NCBI RefSeq assembly: GCF_023055435.1
Contig: NW_025963890.1
Span: 23,746,001-23,810,000 of the forward strand
Source of the DNA: Haliotis rufescens
Lineage: Eukaryota
Reading direction: 5' to 3'
Length of the DNA stretch: 64,000 bases
A model generated the notes under the pieces. It was not told the origin of the DNA and did no database searches. It saw only the letters and a list, made by a program, of their open reading frames with translations. Shown in pieces: positions 1 to 11,700 of the stretch (within the stretch, counting starts at the first letter, position 1; every line of letters starts with the position of its first letter). The translations under genes and the position numbers were made by a program.

Positions 1-651
1 GAAGCCATTTCTGATGTTTGAAACGCGGTCACGTATAACTAAATGATTAAACCACACAGAACGCACACCACTACCGCATCACTAACATACACGTTCACTA
101 CCCTCACTACCCAACCCAACCCAACGAACACATCGGCACACTACCGCATACTTCACAACACTTGATCAAAGAAAAACACATCTAGTGTGCAGATGGCGAT
201 TTCCCCTTCTTAGGCACTCAGTTGCCAATTTTTTATTGCAAATAAAATTTGGAGGTAAGTGTATTTGTATCGGGGTCTCGGGCAACCGTGTGACAATGTT
301 TTCCTTCGACTTGGGCATCTTGTACCGAGGAAACAACGTCTTGGTCGTAGATGTATTCATTTGTAAAATCTGTCGCAATAAACAGACTTAAGATTAAGCT
401 AATATATCATACGACTTGTAATCATGACAATGGATTGTTAAATATAAAAAAGCTACGCGATAAATCACAAAGAACAAGGAGGAACGAAGCTTGGTTTATT
501 TCATGATATCACATTGTTCTATCATGACGTTTATTTCTTAATTACTTCAAAATTAGGAAATAAAGTAGACAGTGAGATAATATCTTAGTTTTGTTTGAGT
601 ATAAGTTTTAAAGCCTTAAACAGATTATCCCATAGATAGCACACTCTCAGT

Positions 652-832
652 ACAGGGCGGTCGGGTAACCTAGTGGTTGAAGCGTTAGCTCGTCACGACG
701 TAGACCCGGGTTCGATTCCCGACATTGGTACAATGTGTGAAGCTCATTTCTGGTGTCCCCCGCCGTGATATTGCTGGAATATTGTTAAAAGCGGCATACA
801 ACGATACTCACTCACTCACTAACTTACTCACT
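652..832 (+). mobile_element. tRNA-derived SINE, family A (tRNA-Asp-like head, (ACTC)n tail)
   Basis: A-box-like TAACCTAGTGG and B-box GGTTCGATTCC, with GTC anticodon-like loop (ctcgtcacg). Tail is ...ctggaatattgttaaaagcggc...(actc)n. Flanking direct repeat cactctcagt (642-651 / 833-842). Other copies at 30436, 35160 and 61700. Confidence 0.85.
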
Positions 833-927
833 CACTCTCAGTCCATAAACGAAGTTCTGCAGTTCTATTTCACTTGAATGTATTTGAGCAGTTACACCAG
901 GTGTTCTAGGTTTCAGTGTAACTGTGC

Positions 928-1241
928 CTCTGACAGACCACGTGTGTTTGTGGCCACTTGTAGGGAACCCTCTGACAGACCACGTGTGTTTGTGGCCACT
1001 TGCAGGTAGCCCTCTGATAGGCCATGTGTGTTTGTGGCCACTTGTAGTTAACCCCCTGATAGGCCATGTGTGTTTGTAGCCACTTGAAGGGAACCCTCTG
1101 ATAGGCCATATGTGTTTGTGGCCACTTGTAGGGAACTCCCTGATAGGCCATGTGTGTTTGTTGGCCACTTGTAGGTAGCCCCCTGATAGGCCATATGTGT
1201 TTGTGGCCACTTGTAGGTAACCCCCTGAAAGGCCATGTGTG
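928..1241. repeat. 42-bp minisatellite (~7.5 copies)
   Basis: Unit ggccatgtgtgtttgtggccacttgtagggaaccccctgata, period 42 (gccatg at 1021 and 1063). Explains ORFs 824-1546, 906-1151 and 1048-1263. Confidence 0.9.
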
Positions 1242-1715
1242 TATTCAAGGTTATATGAAACAACTGAGAGGATATGTATGTTTGTCGGGAAGCAACAGAG
1301 TGTCAATGTGAGATTGTGAGGGACCACCGTGATAGAGATAAAGACTTTGCAAAGTGAATCTTTACGGATGAGGTGAAATTCAATTTTCAAGTGTGTATTT
1401 CTGGAATATGAGCAAAAGGGTTCAAAATTTGTCTCCATGTGTGGGTGTTTGGGACGGGACGACAATCTTGATTGACGCATTGATTGAAACCAATGCAAGA
1501 GTTGGATCAACAGCACAATGCAAGACGGTTCCATCGACTCAAACATTTGGGCCAGTGGAAATCCTTACATTTTGCAACAGGATAATGCACGAGTTTATAC
1601 ATCACATTTCACAAACTATGGGCTGACTCACGAACATAATATCCGTGTCATGGATTATTTTCCAGACGCTTCATCCAACTTGAGCCCTCGTAAGACTGAT
1701 GAAGTGCAGTGGTGA
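1242..1715 (+). pseudogene. Degenerate Tc1-like transposase remnant
   Basis: Disrupted frames give IFTDEVKF (~1358-1381), ILQQDNARVYTS and RVMDYFPDASSNLSP, matching the Tc1 D, QQDNA and WP-SPDLSP motifs. Confidence 0.65.
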
Positions 1716-2114
1716 GGTGAGGTGAAATGGGGTTTAACGTCGCGTCCAAGATTATTGCACTTATATAGCGACGTGCATGAGAGAAATACATATTTACAGA
1801 ATTGCAAATAAACATTACTGAAGTGTTTTTATCTTCTCAAAAATAGCATACACTGTTGATTGATGACACACGTTGGATAACTATATATAGCATATATGGA
1901 TATGAATTCTCTTACAACACAAATACAACCAAAAGAAAACATGTACACTTACATCCACACCGATCAGCTATCTAACCGCTACATTTGAAATGGGTTTAGA
2001 GGTTTCGGTTTACATCTTGCGAGTTTTAAATATCAAATTGGAAATACAATCCGAGCATGTGACCATTAGAATAACAACCAATACTGAACTGATTACGGTC
2101 AGTATCAATTCTAA

Positions 2115-2262
2115 CTACGGAAACAAAGAAGAGACGGCGATGAAAGCAGCCACGACGAGGGCCGTCACTGGAGAAACTGGAGAGGTGGAGCTGGCAGTGA
2201 CACTTATCTCGTCAGACATGACATCTGTCCACCAGGTCACCTTCACCTGGACTACTGTAGCC
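2115..2262 (-). CDS. Reeler gene A last coding exon (ATVVQVKVTWWTDV...SPVTALVVAAFIAVSSLFP*)
   Basis: tttcag acceptor at 2263-2264, phase 2; TAG at 2115-2117; Ser-rich spacer plus hydrophobic C-terminus. Not in the ORF track. Confidence 0.88.
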
Positions 2263-2578
2263 CTGAAACATCACACATCGACAAGAGGTGGTATATTCAT
2301 TCCTGAAACATCACACATAGACAAGAGGTGGTATATTCATTCCTGAAACATCACACATAGACAAGAGGTGGTATATTTATCCCTGAAACATCACACATAG
2401 ACAAGAGGTGGTATATTCATCCCTGAAACATCACACAGACAAGAGGTGGTATATTCATCCCTGAAACATCACACATCGACAAGAGGTGGTATATTCATTC
2501 CTGAAACATCACACATAGACAAGAGGTGGTATATTCATCCCTGAAACATCATACATCGACAAGAGGTGGTATAGTCAT
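2261..2578. repeat. 40-bp minisatellite (~8 copies) duplicating the 3' splice site of gene A's last intron
   Basis: Unit ccctgaaacatcacacatagacaagaggtggtatattcat; the minus strand of each unit ends ...tgtgatgtttcag|G. Confidence 0.92.
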
Positions 2579-2651
2579 GCAACAGTATACTTGTACGATG
2601 TACTTAAATATGTGTAGTTAGCTATTCCAGATACAGTCCCTCTGTATTATG

Positions 2652-2842
2652 TTTTGTTTGTTTGTTTATATGTTTGTTAGTTTAACGCCGCACACAGCAA
2701 TATTCAAGTAAATCAATTCCAGACAATCCAGTGATTGATATCATCAACTAAGTCAGCGAGCCTGACCATCCGATCCTGTTAGTCACCTCTTACGACAGGC
2801 ATGGGTTGCTGAAGACCTATTGTAACCCGGATCTTCACGGGT
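2652..2842 (-). mobile_element. SINE-like element family C (ACCCGTGAAG head, GTCGTAAGAGGCGACTAA core, (AAAC)n tail), internally deleted
   Basis: Shares blocks with copies at 21926-22088, 24615-24712 and 26225-26926, and shares the 3' tail with SINE families A and B. Confidence 0.75.
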
Positions 2843-3658
2843 TTTGTATATGTATGTGGACATGTGGACGAAGATGGACTCCTGTAGGCAAGAGAGTACC
2901 ATCGCGTGTGTAACAAATACGTCAGTCTGTCATAACTGTGACAACGTTTGATGGAAATAACAAAATACATGTAGACGTTTCTTAAAGACATATTAGATTC
3001 AATAAAACATGCGCAAGAGTAGATGGAACATGAATCTATGTTTCTGTGTGAAATCCAAACATTTTACTATACGATTGTGGGCGTACACAGATCACAGTGC
3101 GGACACAACAATAACCAAGTGGAAGTAACAGAACAGATGCTGAAACATGACTGAGAGCAGTCTCCATCATATCCGCTGGTTCATCTATAACTGTGTAACT
3201 TGTATAGTCCTGTATCGATGTGCTCTGACGACATGTTTCAGATAACCCGACGCCGATACTTAAATGTGAAGCGTATCACAGGAAATATAGATTAATTCTT
3301 TTTTTACGACAGGTCGCGCATCGCCTTCGGTAAAGTGTGAATGTGAGTTGAGCCATAAATAACTGTTAGTCGCGTATGATTACTTTGCGCGAACCAATCA
3401 CTGCTTTTAATGTATCAAAAGTCTTCATATATACGCAAGAACGGTGCCATTTGATAATGTTGGTTGTTTTCTAAGATGAAGGTAGTAACTCTACATATTA
3501 ATAGCAACCCTGCGTATATAATAAATTGTGGTTCGTTGGTATGTAAGTGCATTGCAGCATTCAATTTGCAACAAAATCAGGATAATTGAAAACATATATT
3601 CAGTTAAATCTTTACACTCGATCACTGAGGACCTGCTTATGTGACGTCGTATACCGGT

Positions 3659-6318
3659 AGCACTTGTACAACGCTATCTGAACATACCTGAACTGAATGT
3701 CCTGTGTAAACAAGTAAACATGTAGCAGAGCACTACACTTGTACAGCGCTATCTCAACATACCTGAACTGAATGTCCTGTGTAAACAAGTAAACATGTAG
3801 CAGAGCACTACACTTGTACAACGCTATCTGAACATACCTGAACTGAATGTCCTGTGTAAACAAGTAAACATGTAGCAGAGCACTACACTTGTACAGCGCT
3901 ATCTGAACATACCTGAACTGAATGTCCTGTGTAAACAGGTAAATATGTAGCAGAGCACTACACTTGTACAGCGCTATCTGAACATACCTGAACTGAATGT
4001 CCTGTGTAAACAAGTAAACATGTAGCAGAGCACTACACTTGTACAGCGCTATCTGAACATACCTGAACTGAATGTCCTGTGTAAACAAGTAAACATGTAG
4101 CAGAGCACTACACTTGTACAACGCTATCTGAACATACCTGAACTGAATGTCCTGTGTAAACAAGTAAACATGTAGCAGAGCACTACACTTGTACAGCGCT
4201 ATCTGAACATACCTGAACTGAATGTCCTGTGTAAACAAGTAAACATGTAGCAGAGCACTACACTTGTACAGCGCTATCTGAACATACCTGAACTGAATGT
4301 CCTGTGTAAACAAGTAAACATGTAGCAGAGCACTACACTTGTACAACGCTATCTGAACATACCTGAACTGAATGTCCTGTGTAAACAAGTAAACATGTAG
4401 CAGAGCACTACACTTGTACAGCGCTATCTGAACATACCTGAACTGAATGTCCTGTGTAAATAAGTAAACATGTAGCAGAGCACTACACTTGTACAGCGCT
4501 ATCTGAACATACCTGAACTGAATGTCCTGTGTAAACAAGTAAATATGTAGCAGAGCACTACACTTGTACAGCGCTATCTGAACATACCTGAACTGAATGT
4601 CCTGTGTAAACAAGTAAACATGTAGCAGAGCACTACACTTGTACAGCGCTATCTGAACATACCTGAACTGAATGTCCTGTGTAAACAAGTAAATATGTAG
4701 CAGAGCACTACACTTGTACAGCGCTATCTGAACATACCTGAACTGAATGTCCTGTGTAAACAAGTAAACATGTAGCAGAGCACTACACTTGTACAGCGCT
4801 ATCTGAACATACCTGAACTGAATGTCCTGTGTAAACAAGTAAACATGTAGCAGAGCACTACACTTGTACAGCGCTATCTCAACATACCTGAACTGAATGT
4901 CCTGTGTAAACAAGTAAACATGTAGCAGAGCACTACACTTGTACAGCGCTATCTGAACATACCTGAACTGAATGTCCTGTGTAAACAAGTAAACATGTAG
5001 CAGAGCACTACACTTGTACAGCGCTATCTGAACATACCTGAGCTGAATGTCCTGTGTAAACAAGTAAACATGTAGCAGAGCACTACACTTGTACAACGCT
5101 ATCTGAACATACCTGAATTGAATGTCCTGTGTAAACAAGTTAACATGTAGCAGAGCACTACACTTGTACAACGCTATCTGAACATACCTGAACTGAATGT
5201 CCTGTGTAAACAAGTAAACATGTAGCAGAGCACTACACTTGTACAGCGCTATCTGAACATACCTGAACTGAATGTCCTGTGTAAACAGGTAAACATGTAG
5301 CAGAGCACTACACTTGTACAACGCTATCTGAACATACCTGAACTGAATGTCCTGTGTAAACAGGTAAACATGTAGCAGAGCACTACACTTGTACAACGCT
5401 ATCTCAACATACCTGAACTGAATGTCCTGTGTAAACAAGTAAACATGTAGCAGAGCACTACACTTGTACAACGCTATCTGAACATACCTGAACTGAATGT
5501 CCTGTGTAAACAGGTAAACATGTAGCAGAGCACTACACTTGTACAACGCTATCTGACGTACCTGAACTGAATGTCCTGTGTAAACAAGTAAACATGTAGC
5601 AGAGCACTACACTTGTACAGCGCTATCTGAACATACCTGAACTGAATGTCCTGTGTAAACAGGTAAACATGTAGCAGAGCACTACACTTGTACAACGCTA
5701 TCTGAACATATCTGAACTGAATGTCATGTGTAAACAAGTATACATGTAGCAGAGCACTACACTTGTACAACGCTATCTGAACATACCTGAACTGAATGTC
5801 CTGTGTAAACAGGTATACATGTAGCAGAGCACTACACTTGTACAACGCTATCTCAACATACCTGAACTGAATGTCCTGTGTAAACAAGTAAATATGTAGC
5901 AGAGCACTACACTTGTACAACGCTATCTGAACATACCTGAACTGAATGTCCTGTGTAAACAAGTAAACATGTAGCAGAGCACTACACTTGTTCAACGCTA
6001 TCTGAACATACCTGAACTGAATGTCCTGTGTAAACAGGTATACATGTAGCAGAGCACTACACTTGTTCAACGCTATCTCAACATACCTGAACTGAATGTC
6101 CTGTGTAAACAAGTAAACATGTAGCAGAGCACTACACTTGTACAACGCTATCTGAACATACCTGAACTGAATGTCCTGTGTAAACAAGTAAACATGTAGC
6201 AGAGCACTACACTTGTACAACGCTATCTGAACATACCTGAACTGAATGTCCTGTGTAAACAAGTTAACATGTAGCAGAGCACTACACTTGTACAACGCTA
6301 TCTGAACATACCTGAACT
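3659..6318. repeat. 75-bp minisatellite (~35 copies) duplicating the exon end and 5' splice site of gene A's last intron
   Basis: Minus-strand unit GACATTCAGTTCAG|gtatgttcagatagcgctgtacaagtgtagtgctctgctacatgtttacttgtttacacag; near-identical copies; 1-bp deletion at ~5556. Confidence 0.95.
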
Positions 6319-6409
6319 TAATGCCCTCTGCGACATTCCAATCAGCAGGTGCTGTCCAAGTGAATGTTGCTGATGTCTTCACGTCGTTATTGGTGTGAGT
6401 CATGGAGTT
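6312..6409 (-). CDS. Reeler gene A exon (NSMTHTNNDVKTSATFTWTAPADWNVAEGIKFR)
   Basis: cttcag acceptor, AG|gtatgt donor; 98 nt, phase 0 to 2. Confidence 0.9.
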
Positions 6410-6591
6410 CTGAAGATGCAGACAAATATCTTGATATTAACTTGCTGGTGGTAGGTTCGCCATTAGAAGATATTCAGATACAGAAGTTATTAATCCATCA
6501 TTGTCAGTACTAGTATATAAACCTGTGGCCAGTTTAATGTTATTGCCCAACAAAACATAACATAGTTGAACATATAACGCTGCAAACCCAC

Positions 6592-6758
6592 CATGGCATC
6601 ATTTTCACATTCCATGGTTATAATATTTGCATCCGAGGCGGTATACTTGGCAAAAGTCCCGGGCACTATGGCAGTGTCGGCGGTGGTACACTTGGTACAG
6701 CGGGCTTGGACCAGGAAACCTTTGAAGGTGGTGCCGGCGGCCGTGGCATTCAGGGTGA
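6592..6758 (-). CDS. Reeler gene A exon (VTLNATAAGTTFKGFLVQARCTKC...ECENDAM)
   Basis: tttcag acceptor, ATG|gtgggt donor; 167 nt, phase 1 to 0. Confidence 0.9.
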
Positions 6759-7310
6759 CTGAAACAAACACAAAGTCAGCGATCTAATCCACTCACCCCA
6801 CTCACAATGGCATTGTGTATTCATGACATATACGAGGTTAAATATAATATAATAGACGTTTTGAACAGTTTTTCAGTTAAATCATGGCGTGTTAAGGAAA
6901 TGGCGAGGATAACCCGACGTGGTGCAGTACTGAGAGTGAAGGTAATCTGAAATAGCGGAGAAACCAAAGTGTCACTCATCAGATGTGTTTTTATCCAGAA
7001 TTATATTATGTGACATCGTGGGTCCACCGTGTCGTGTCGATCTATGCCGTCCGAGATAAAAGCTAATTTCTATTCAAATAGCTAGTCAGCCTGTTTCGAG
7101 AATATTCGATAACTAGGATGTCTTATTTTTTCAGGTGAACAGTTGACTTGCCTTTGCATGTGTTTTTGACAGGTGCCACCGGTGGCTCACCTTTTCGCGA
7201 ACACCTGGTATCATCACGTTTTGAGAGGGATTCATAAACATATGCTCTCGATGTGAGCGGAATTTTACTCTCGACTCTGCTTTTGGCAGATATTTCTATT
7301 GGATATGGAA

Positions 7311-7396
7311 ATTATTATAATTATTATTATCATCATCATCATCATCATCATCATCATTGTCATTATTATTATTGTTGTTGTTATTATTATTATTAC
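7311..7396. repeat. Compound (ATT)n/(ATC)n/(GTT)n microsatellite
   Basis: Directly visible; intronic in gene A. Confidence 0.9.
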
Positions 7397-7468
7397 CTAT
7401 GTAGATGTCGCAGACATGGCCTACGTTTACATCGTACCCAGAGGTCGGCGAAAGTTAAGCACACATAC

Positions 7469-7658
7469 CTGTTACCATCCCGCCTTGTTTGATAGAGGTT
7501 GTATCTACCCATAAAGTGTAAGGCGACGAGGAGCCCTGGGCACTAGCCCCGTGTTGAGGAGTGAGATCCAGGCAAGAGGCAGGTCCTGCTGCCGTAGGGT
7601 AGCCTTGCACAGTGACAAGCAGCACACAGGCCATGCAGAATAGTGCGTAGAAAGCCAT
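7469..7658 (-). CDS. Reeler gene A, first coding exon (signal peptide, MAFYALFCMACVLLVTVQGYPTAAGPASCLDLTPQH...)
   Basis: tgtag|ATG start; ends ACAG|gtatgt, phase 1. Confidence 0.9.
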
Positions 7659-8789
7659 CTACACCAATGGAACACAACCTCTGATTTATGTGTTTCACAA
7701 GTGGCACAAAATATCAAATCTATCCTTAACCGCATCGTCAGTAATTGTCAACAAGAAATGATCGCCACTTTTAATAAGTGACCCACCATTTACTTTATGT
7801 TTAGCATGTCCAGCGTAGAATGTATTTCGGGTCGGGGGGGGGGGGGGGGGGGGGGTAAACCTGAGGACAACAGCCATACAACAACCAGCTATATCGTGGA
7901 GTAAAATAGTTCCTCAAAAAGAGAGGTGATATGAGCGTATGGATGCACAACTTGCTCTTCAGAAACATCTTACGCAGAACATGTGTTCAAATCATATCCT
8001 CATGAGATGAGAAAGGTCTGTAAAGAACTACCTCGGTAGGTCAGTCACAAAGACAGCGCGTCATAATACATTTACATCAAGTACAAGACGTAAAAATGGC
8101 CGACACGATAAAAGTGACGGGAGAGATTTCCGAAGTTGTTAATGAACCTGTGGCGGTTACATGTGTTAGTCATCATTGATCAACTGGTCGATCTTTGAAA
8201 GGTGAATAAAGATAGGCCGAACAGACACTAAGGTAAATTCAAAGATTGCTGGAGACGGTCAGTGTCAGCCTAGACACGGACCGAGTCGATACTACGATAG
8301 TTTAGATATGCATTTCTTCGTTTGTTCATTAGGATAGGCCGTAGCAAGGATATTCGTGAACAATCATGCAGTCACGCTCTGTGACATTTCTCAATGTATA
8401 CTGAAACACTAAGACCAAGAATAAAGGTTCTAAATGATCAGAAAGAACGCTTATGTATGTTTTCGTGCTATGGAATTCCCAGGTGTTTTCCTAGGAATGT
8501 GGAAGTAGTCCGTCAGTGTTTACGTCATTCCAAGAACACGGTCTCGTGAAAAACGTATGAACGTCAAATTGTGTCGTTCATACACTTATGAACGTCAATT
8601 TCGCGGTCATGTGACCGACCTCTCGTCCAATGGAAAAGCCGTATATCGTGTAAACTACAAATTAAAAAGTTATTACAGATTGGTTCCAATTTGTGTTTCG
8701 ACCTTCTACAATTCAAGCAATAATATGCGACACGAATTTATAGTTGTCTCGTCCTACAGTGTACATATGTCTGGCGCCGTACCTACTGG

Positions 8790-11700
8790 TAGTGTGACTT
8801 AGAGAAAACAAGTAGCGTGACGTCGAGAAGACAGTTGGAGTGACGTTGAGGAGACAGGGAGTGTGACGCTGACGAGACAGGTGCGTGACGTTGAGGAGAC
8901 AAGTATCGTGATGTCGAGAAGACAGGTACCGTGACGTCGAGAAGACAGGTAGCATGACGTCGAGAAGACAGGTACCGTGACGTCGAGAAGACAGGTAGCA
9001 TGACGTCGAGAAGACAGGTACCGTGACGTCGAGAAGACAGGTAGCATGACGTCGAGAAGACAGGTATCGTGACGTCGAGAAGACAGGTGGTATGACGCTG
9101 AGGAGACAGGGAGTGTGATGTTGAAGAGACATGGAGTGTGACGCTGAAGAGACAGGGAGTGTGATGTTGAGGAGACATGGAGTGTGACGCTGAAGAGACA
9201 GGGAGTGTGACGTCGAGAAGACAGGTGTCGTGGGGTTGAGGGGACATGGAGTGTGACGTTGAGGAGACAAGTAGCGTGACGTTGAGGAGACAAGAAGCGT
9301 GGGGTTGAGGAGACAAGTAGCGTGGGGTTGAGGAGACAAGTAGCGTGACGTTGAGGAGACAAGTAGCGTGGGGTTGAGGAGACATGGAGTGTGACGCTGA
9401 AGAGACAGGGAGTGTGACGCTGAAGAGACAGGGAGTGTGACGTCGAGAAGACAGGTGTCGTGGGGTTGAGGGGACATGGAGTGTGACGTTGAGGAGACAA
9501 GTAGCGTGGGGTTGAGGAGACATGGAGTGTGACGTTGAGGAGTCAGGGAGTGTGACGTCGAGAAGACATGTATCGTGGAGTTGAGGAGACATGGAGTGTG
9601 ACATTGAGGAGACAAGTAGCGTTGGGTTGAGGAGACATGGAGAGTGACGTTGAGGAGACATGGAGGGCGACGTTGAGGGGACATGGAGTGTGACGTTGAG
9701 GAGACAAGTAGCGTGGGATTGAGGAGACATGGAGAGTGACGTTGAGGAGACAAGTAGCGTTGGGTTGAGGAGACATGGAGTGTGACGTTGAGGAGACAAG
9801 TAGCGTGGGGTTGAGGGGGCATGGAGAGTGACGTTGAGGAGACAAGTAGCGTGGGATTGAGGAGACATGGAGTGTGGCGTTGTGGAGACAAGTAGCCTGT
9901 GGTTGAGGAGACAGGTATCGTGGAGTTGAGGATGCATGGAGTGTGGCGTTGAGGAGACATGGAGAGTGACGTTGAGGAGACAAGTAGCGTGGGGTTGAGG
10001 GGACATGGAGAGTGACGTTGAGGAGACAAGTAGCGTGGGGTTGAGGGGACATGGAGAGTGACGTTGAGGAGACAAGTAGCCTGTGGTTGAGGAGACAGGT
10101 ATCGTGGAGTTGAGGATGCATGGAGTGTGGCGTTGAGGAGACATGGAGAGTGACGTTGAGGAGACAAGTAGCGTGACGTTGAGGAGACAAGAAGCGTGGG
10201 GTTGAGGAGACAAGTAGCGTGGGGTTGAGGAGACAAGTAGCGTGACGTTGAGGAGACAAGAAGCGTGGGGTTGAGGAGACATGGAGGGCGACGTTGAGGG
10301 GACATGGAGTGTGACGTTGAGGAGACAAGTAGCGTGGGATTGAGGAGACATGGAGAGTGACGTTGAGGAGACAAGAAGCGTTGGGTTGAGGAGACATGGA
10401 GTGTGACGTTGAGGAGACAAGTAGCGTTGGGTTGAGGAGACATGGGGTGTGACGTTGAGGAGACATGGAGTGCGACGTTGAGGAGACAAGTAGCGTGGGA
10501 TTGAGGAGACATCAAGTGTGACGTTGAGGAGACATGGAGAGTGACGTTGAGGAGACAAGTAGTGTGGCGTTGTGGAGACAAGTAGCCTGTGGTTGAGGAG
10601 ACAGGTATCGTGGAGTTGAGGATGCATGGAGTGTGGCGTTGAGGAGACATGGAGAGTGACGTTGAGGAGACAAGTAGCGTGACGTTGAGGAGACAAGAAG
10701 CGTGGGGTTGAGGAGACAAGTAGCGTGGGGTTGAGGAGACAAGTAGCGTGACGTTGAGGAGACAAGTAGCGTGGGGTTGAGGAGACATGGAGTGTGACGC
10801 TGAAGAGACAGGGAGTGTGACGCTGAAGAGACAGGGAGAGTGACGTCGAGAAGACAGGTGTCGTGGGGTTGAGGGGACATGGAGTGTGACGTTGAGGAGA
10901 CAAGTAGCGTTGGGTTGAGGAGACATGGAGTGTGACGTTGAGGAGACATGGAGGGCGACGTTGAGGGGACATGGAGTGTGACGTTGAGGAGACAAGTAGC
11001 GTTGGGTTGAGGAGACATGGAGTGTGACGTTGAGGAGACATGGAGTGCGACGTTGAGGGGACATGGAGTGTGACGTTGAAGAGACAAGTAGCGTGGGATT
11101 GAGGAGACATCAAGTGTGACGTTGAGGAGACATGGAGAGTGACGTTGAGGAGACAAGTAGTGTGGCGTTGTGGAGACAAGTAGCCTGTGGTTGAGGAGAC
11201 AGGTATCGTGGAGTTGAGGATGCAAGGAGTGTGGCGTTGAGGAGACATGGAGAGTGACGTTGAGGAGACAAGTAGCGTTGGGTTGAGGAGACATGGAGTG
11301 TGACATTGAGGAGAAAAGTAGCGTTGGGTTGAGGAGACATGGAGCGTGACGTTGAGGAGACATGGAGGGCGACGTTGAGGGGACATGGAGTGTGACGTTG
11401 AGGAGACAAGTAGCGTGGGATTGAGGAGACATGGAGAGTGACGTTGAGGAGACAAGTAGCGTTGGGTTGAGGAGACATGGAGTGTGACGTTGAGGAGACA
11501 AGTAGCGTTGGGTTGAGGAGACATGGAGTGTGACGCTGAGGAGACATGGAGTGCGACGTTGAGGGGACATGGAGTATGACGTTGAGGAGACAAGTAGCGT
11601 GGGATTGAGGAGACATCAAGTGTGACGTTGAGGAGACAAGTAGCGTGGGGTTGAGGAGACAAGTAGCGTGGGGTTGAGGGGGCATGGAGAGTGACGTTGA

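Larger units (their letters stand above)
2115..7658 (-). other. Reeler-domain gene A (putative defense protein-like, ~200 aa, signal peptide + Reeler + GPI-like tail); CDS join complement(7469-7658,6592-6758,6312-6409,2115-2262)
   Basis: Four GT-AG-bounded exons splice in frame (190+167+98+148=603 nt). Reeler motifs GYP..sC..LTPqH, PY.L, FKGFLVQAR, GTF, C...mTH....K, FTWTAP, FRATVV...WW. The ATG directly follows an AG acceptor, so an upstream exon is likely. Confidence 0.9.

Noticed and set aside
655-730. Functional tRNA-Asp gene (also 35160 and 42486)
   Set aside because: Acceptor stem is not formed, and the heads continue into a shared body, tail and TSDs, so these are SINEs.
3612-5546. 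644-aa ORF as an independent gene
   Set aside because: Pure translation of the 75-bp array with a non-ATG start, separated from gene A's frame by a frameshift.
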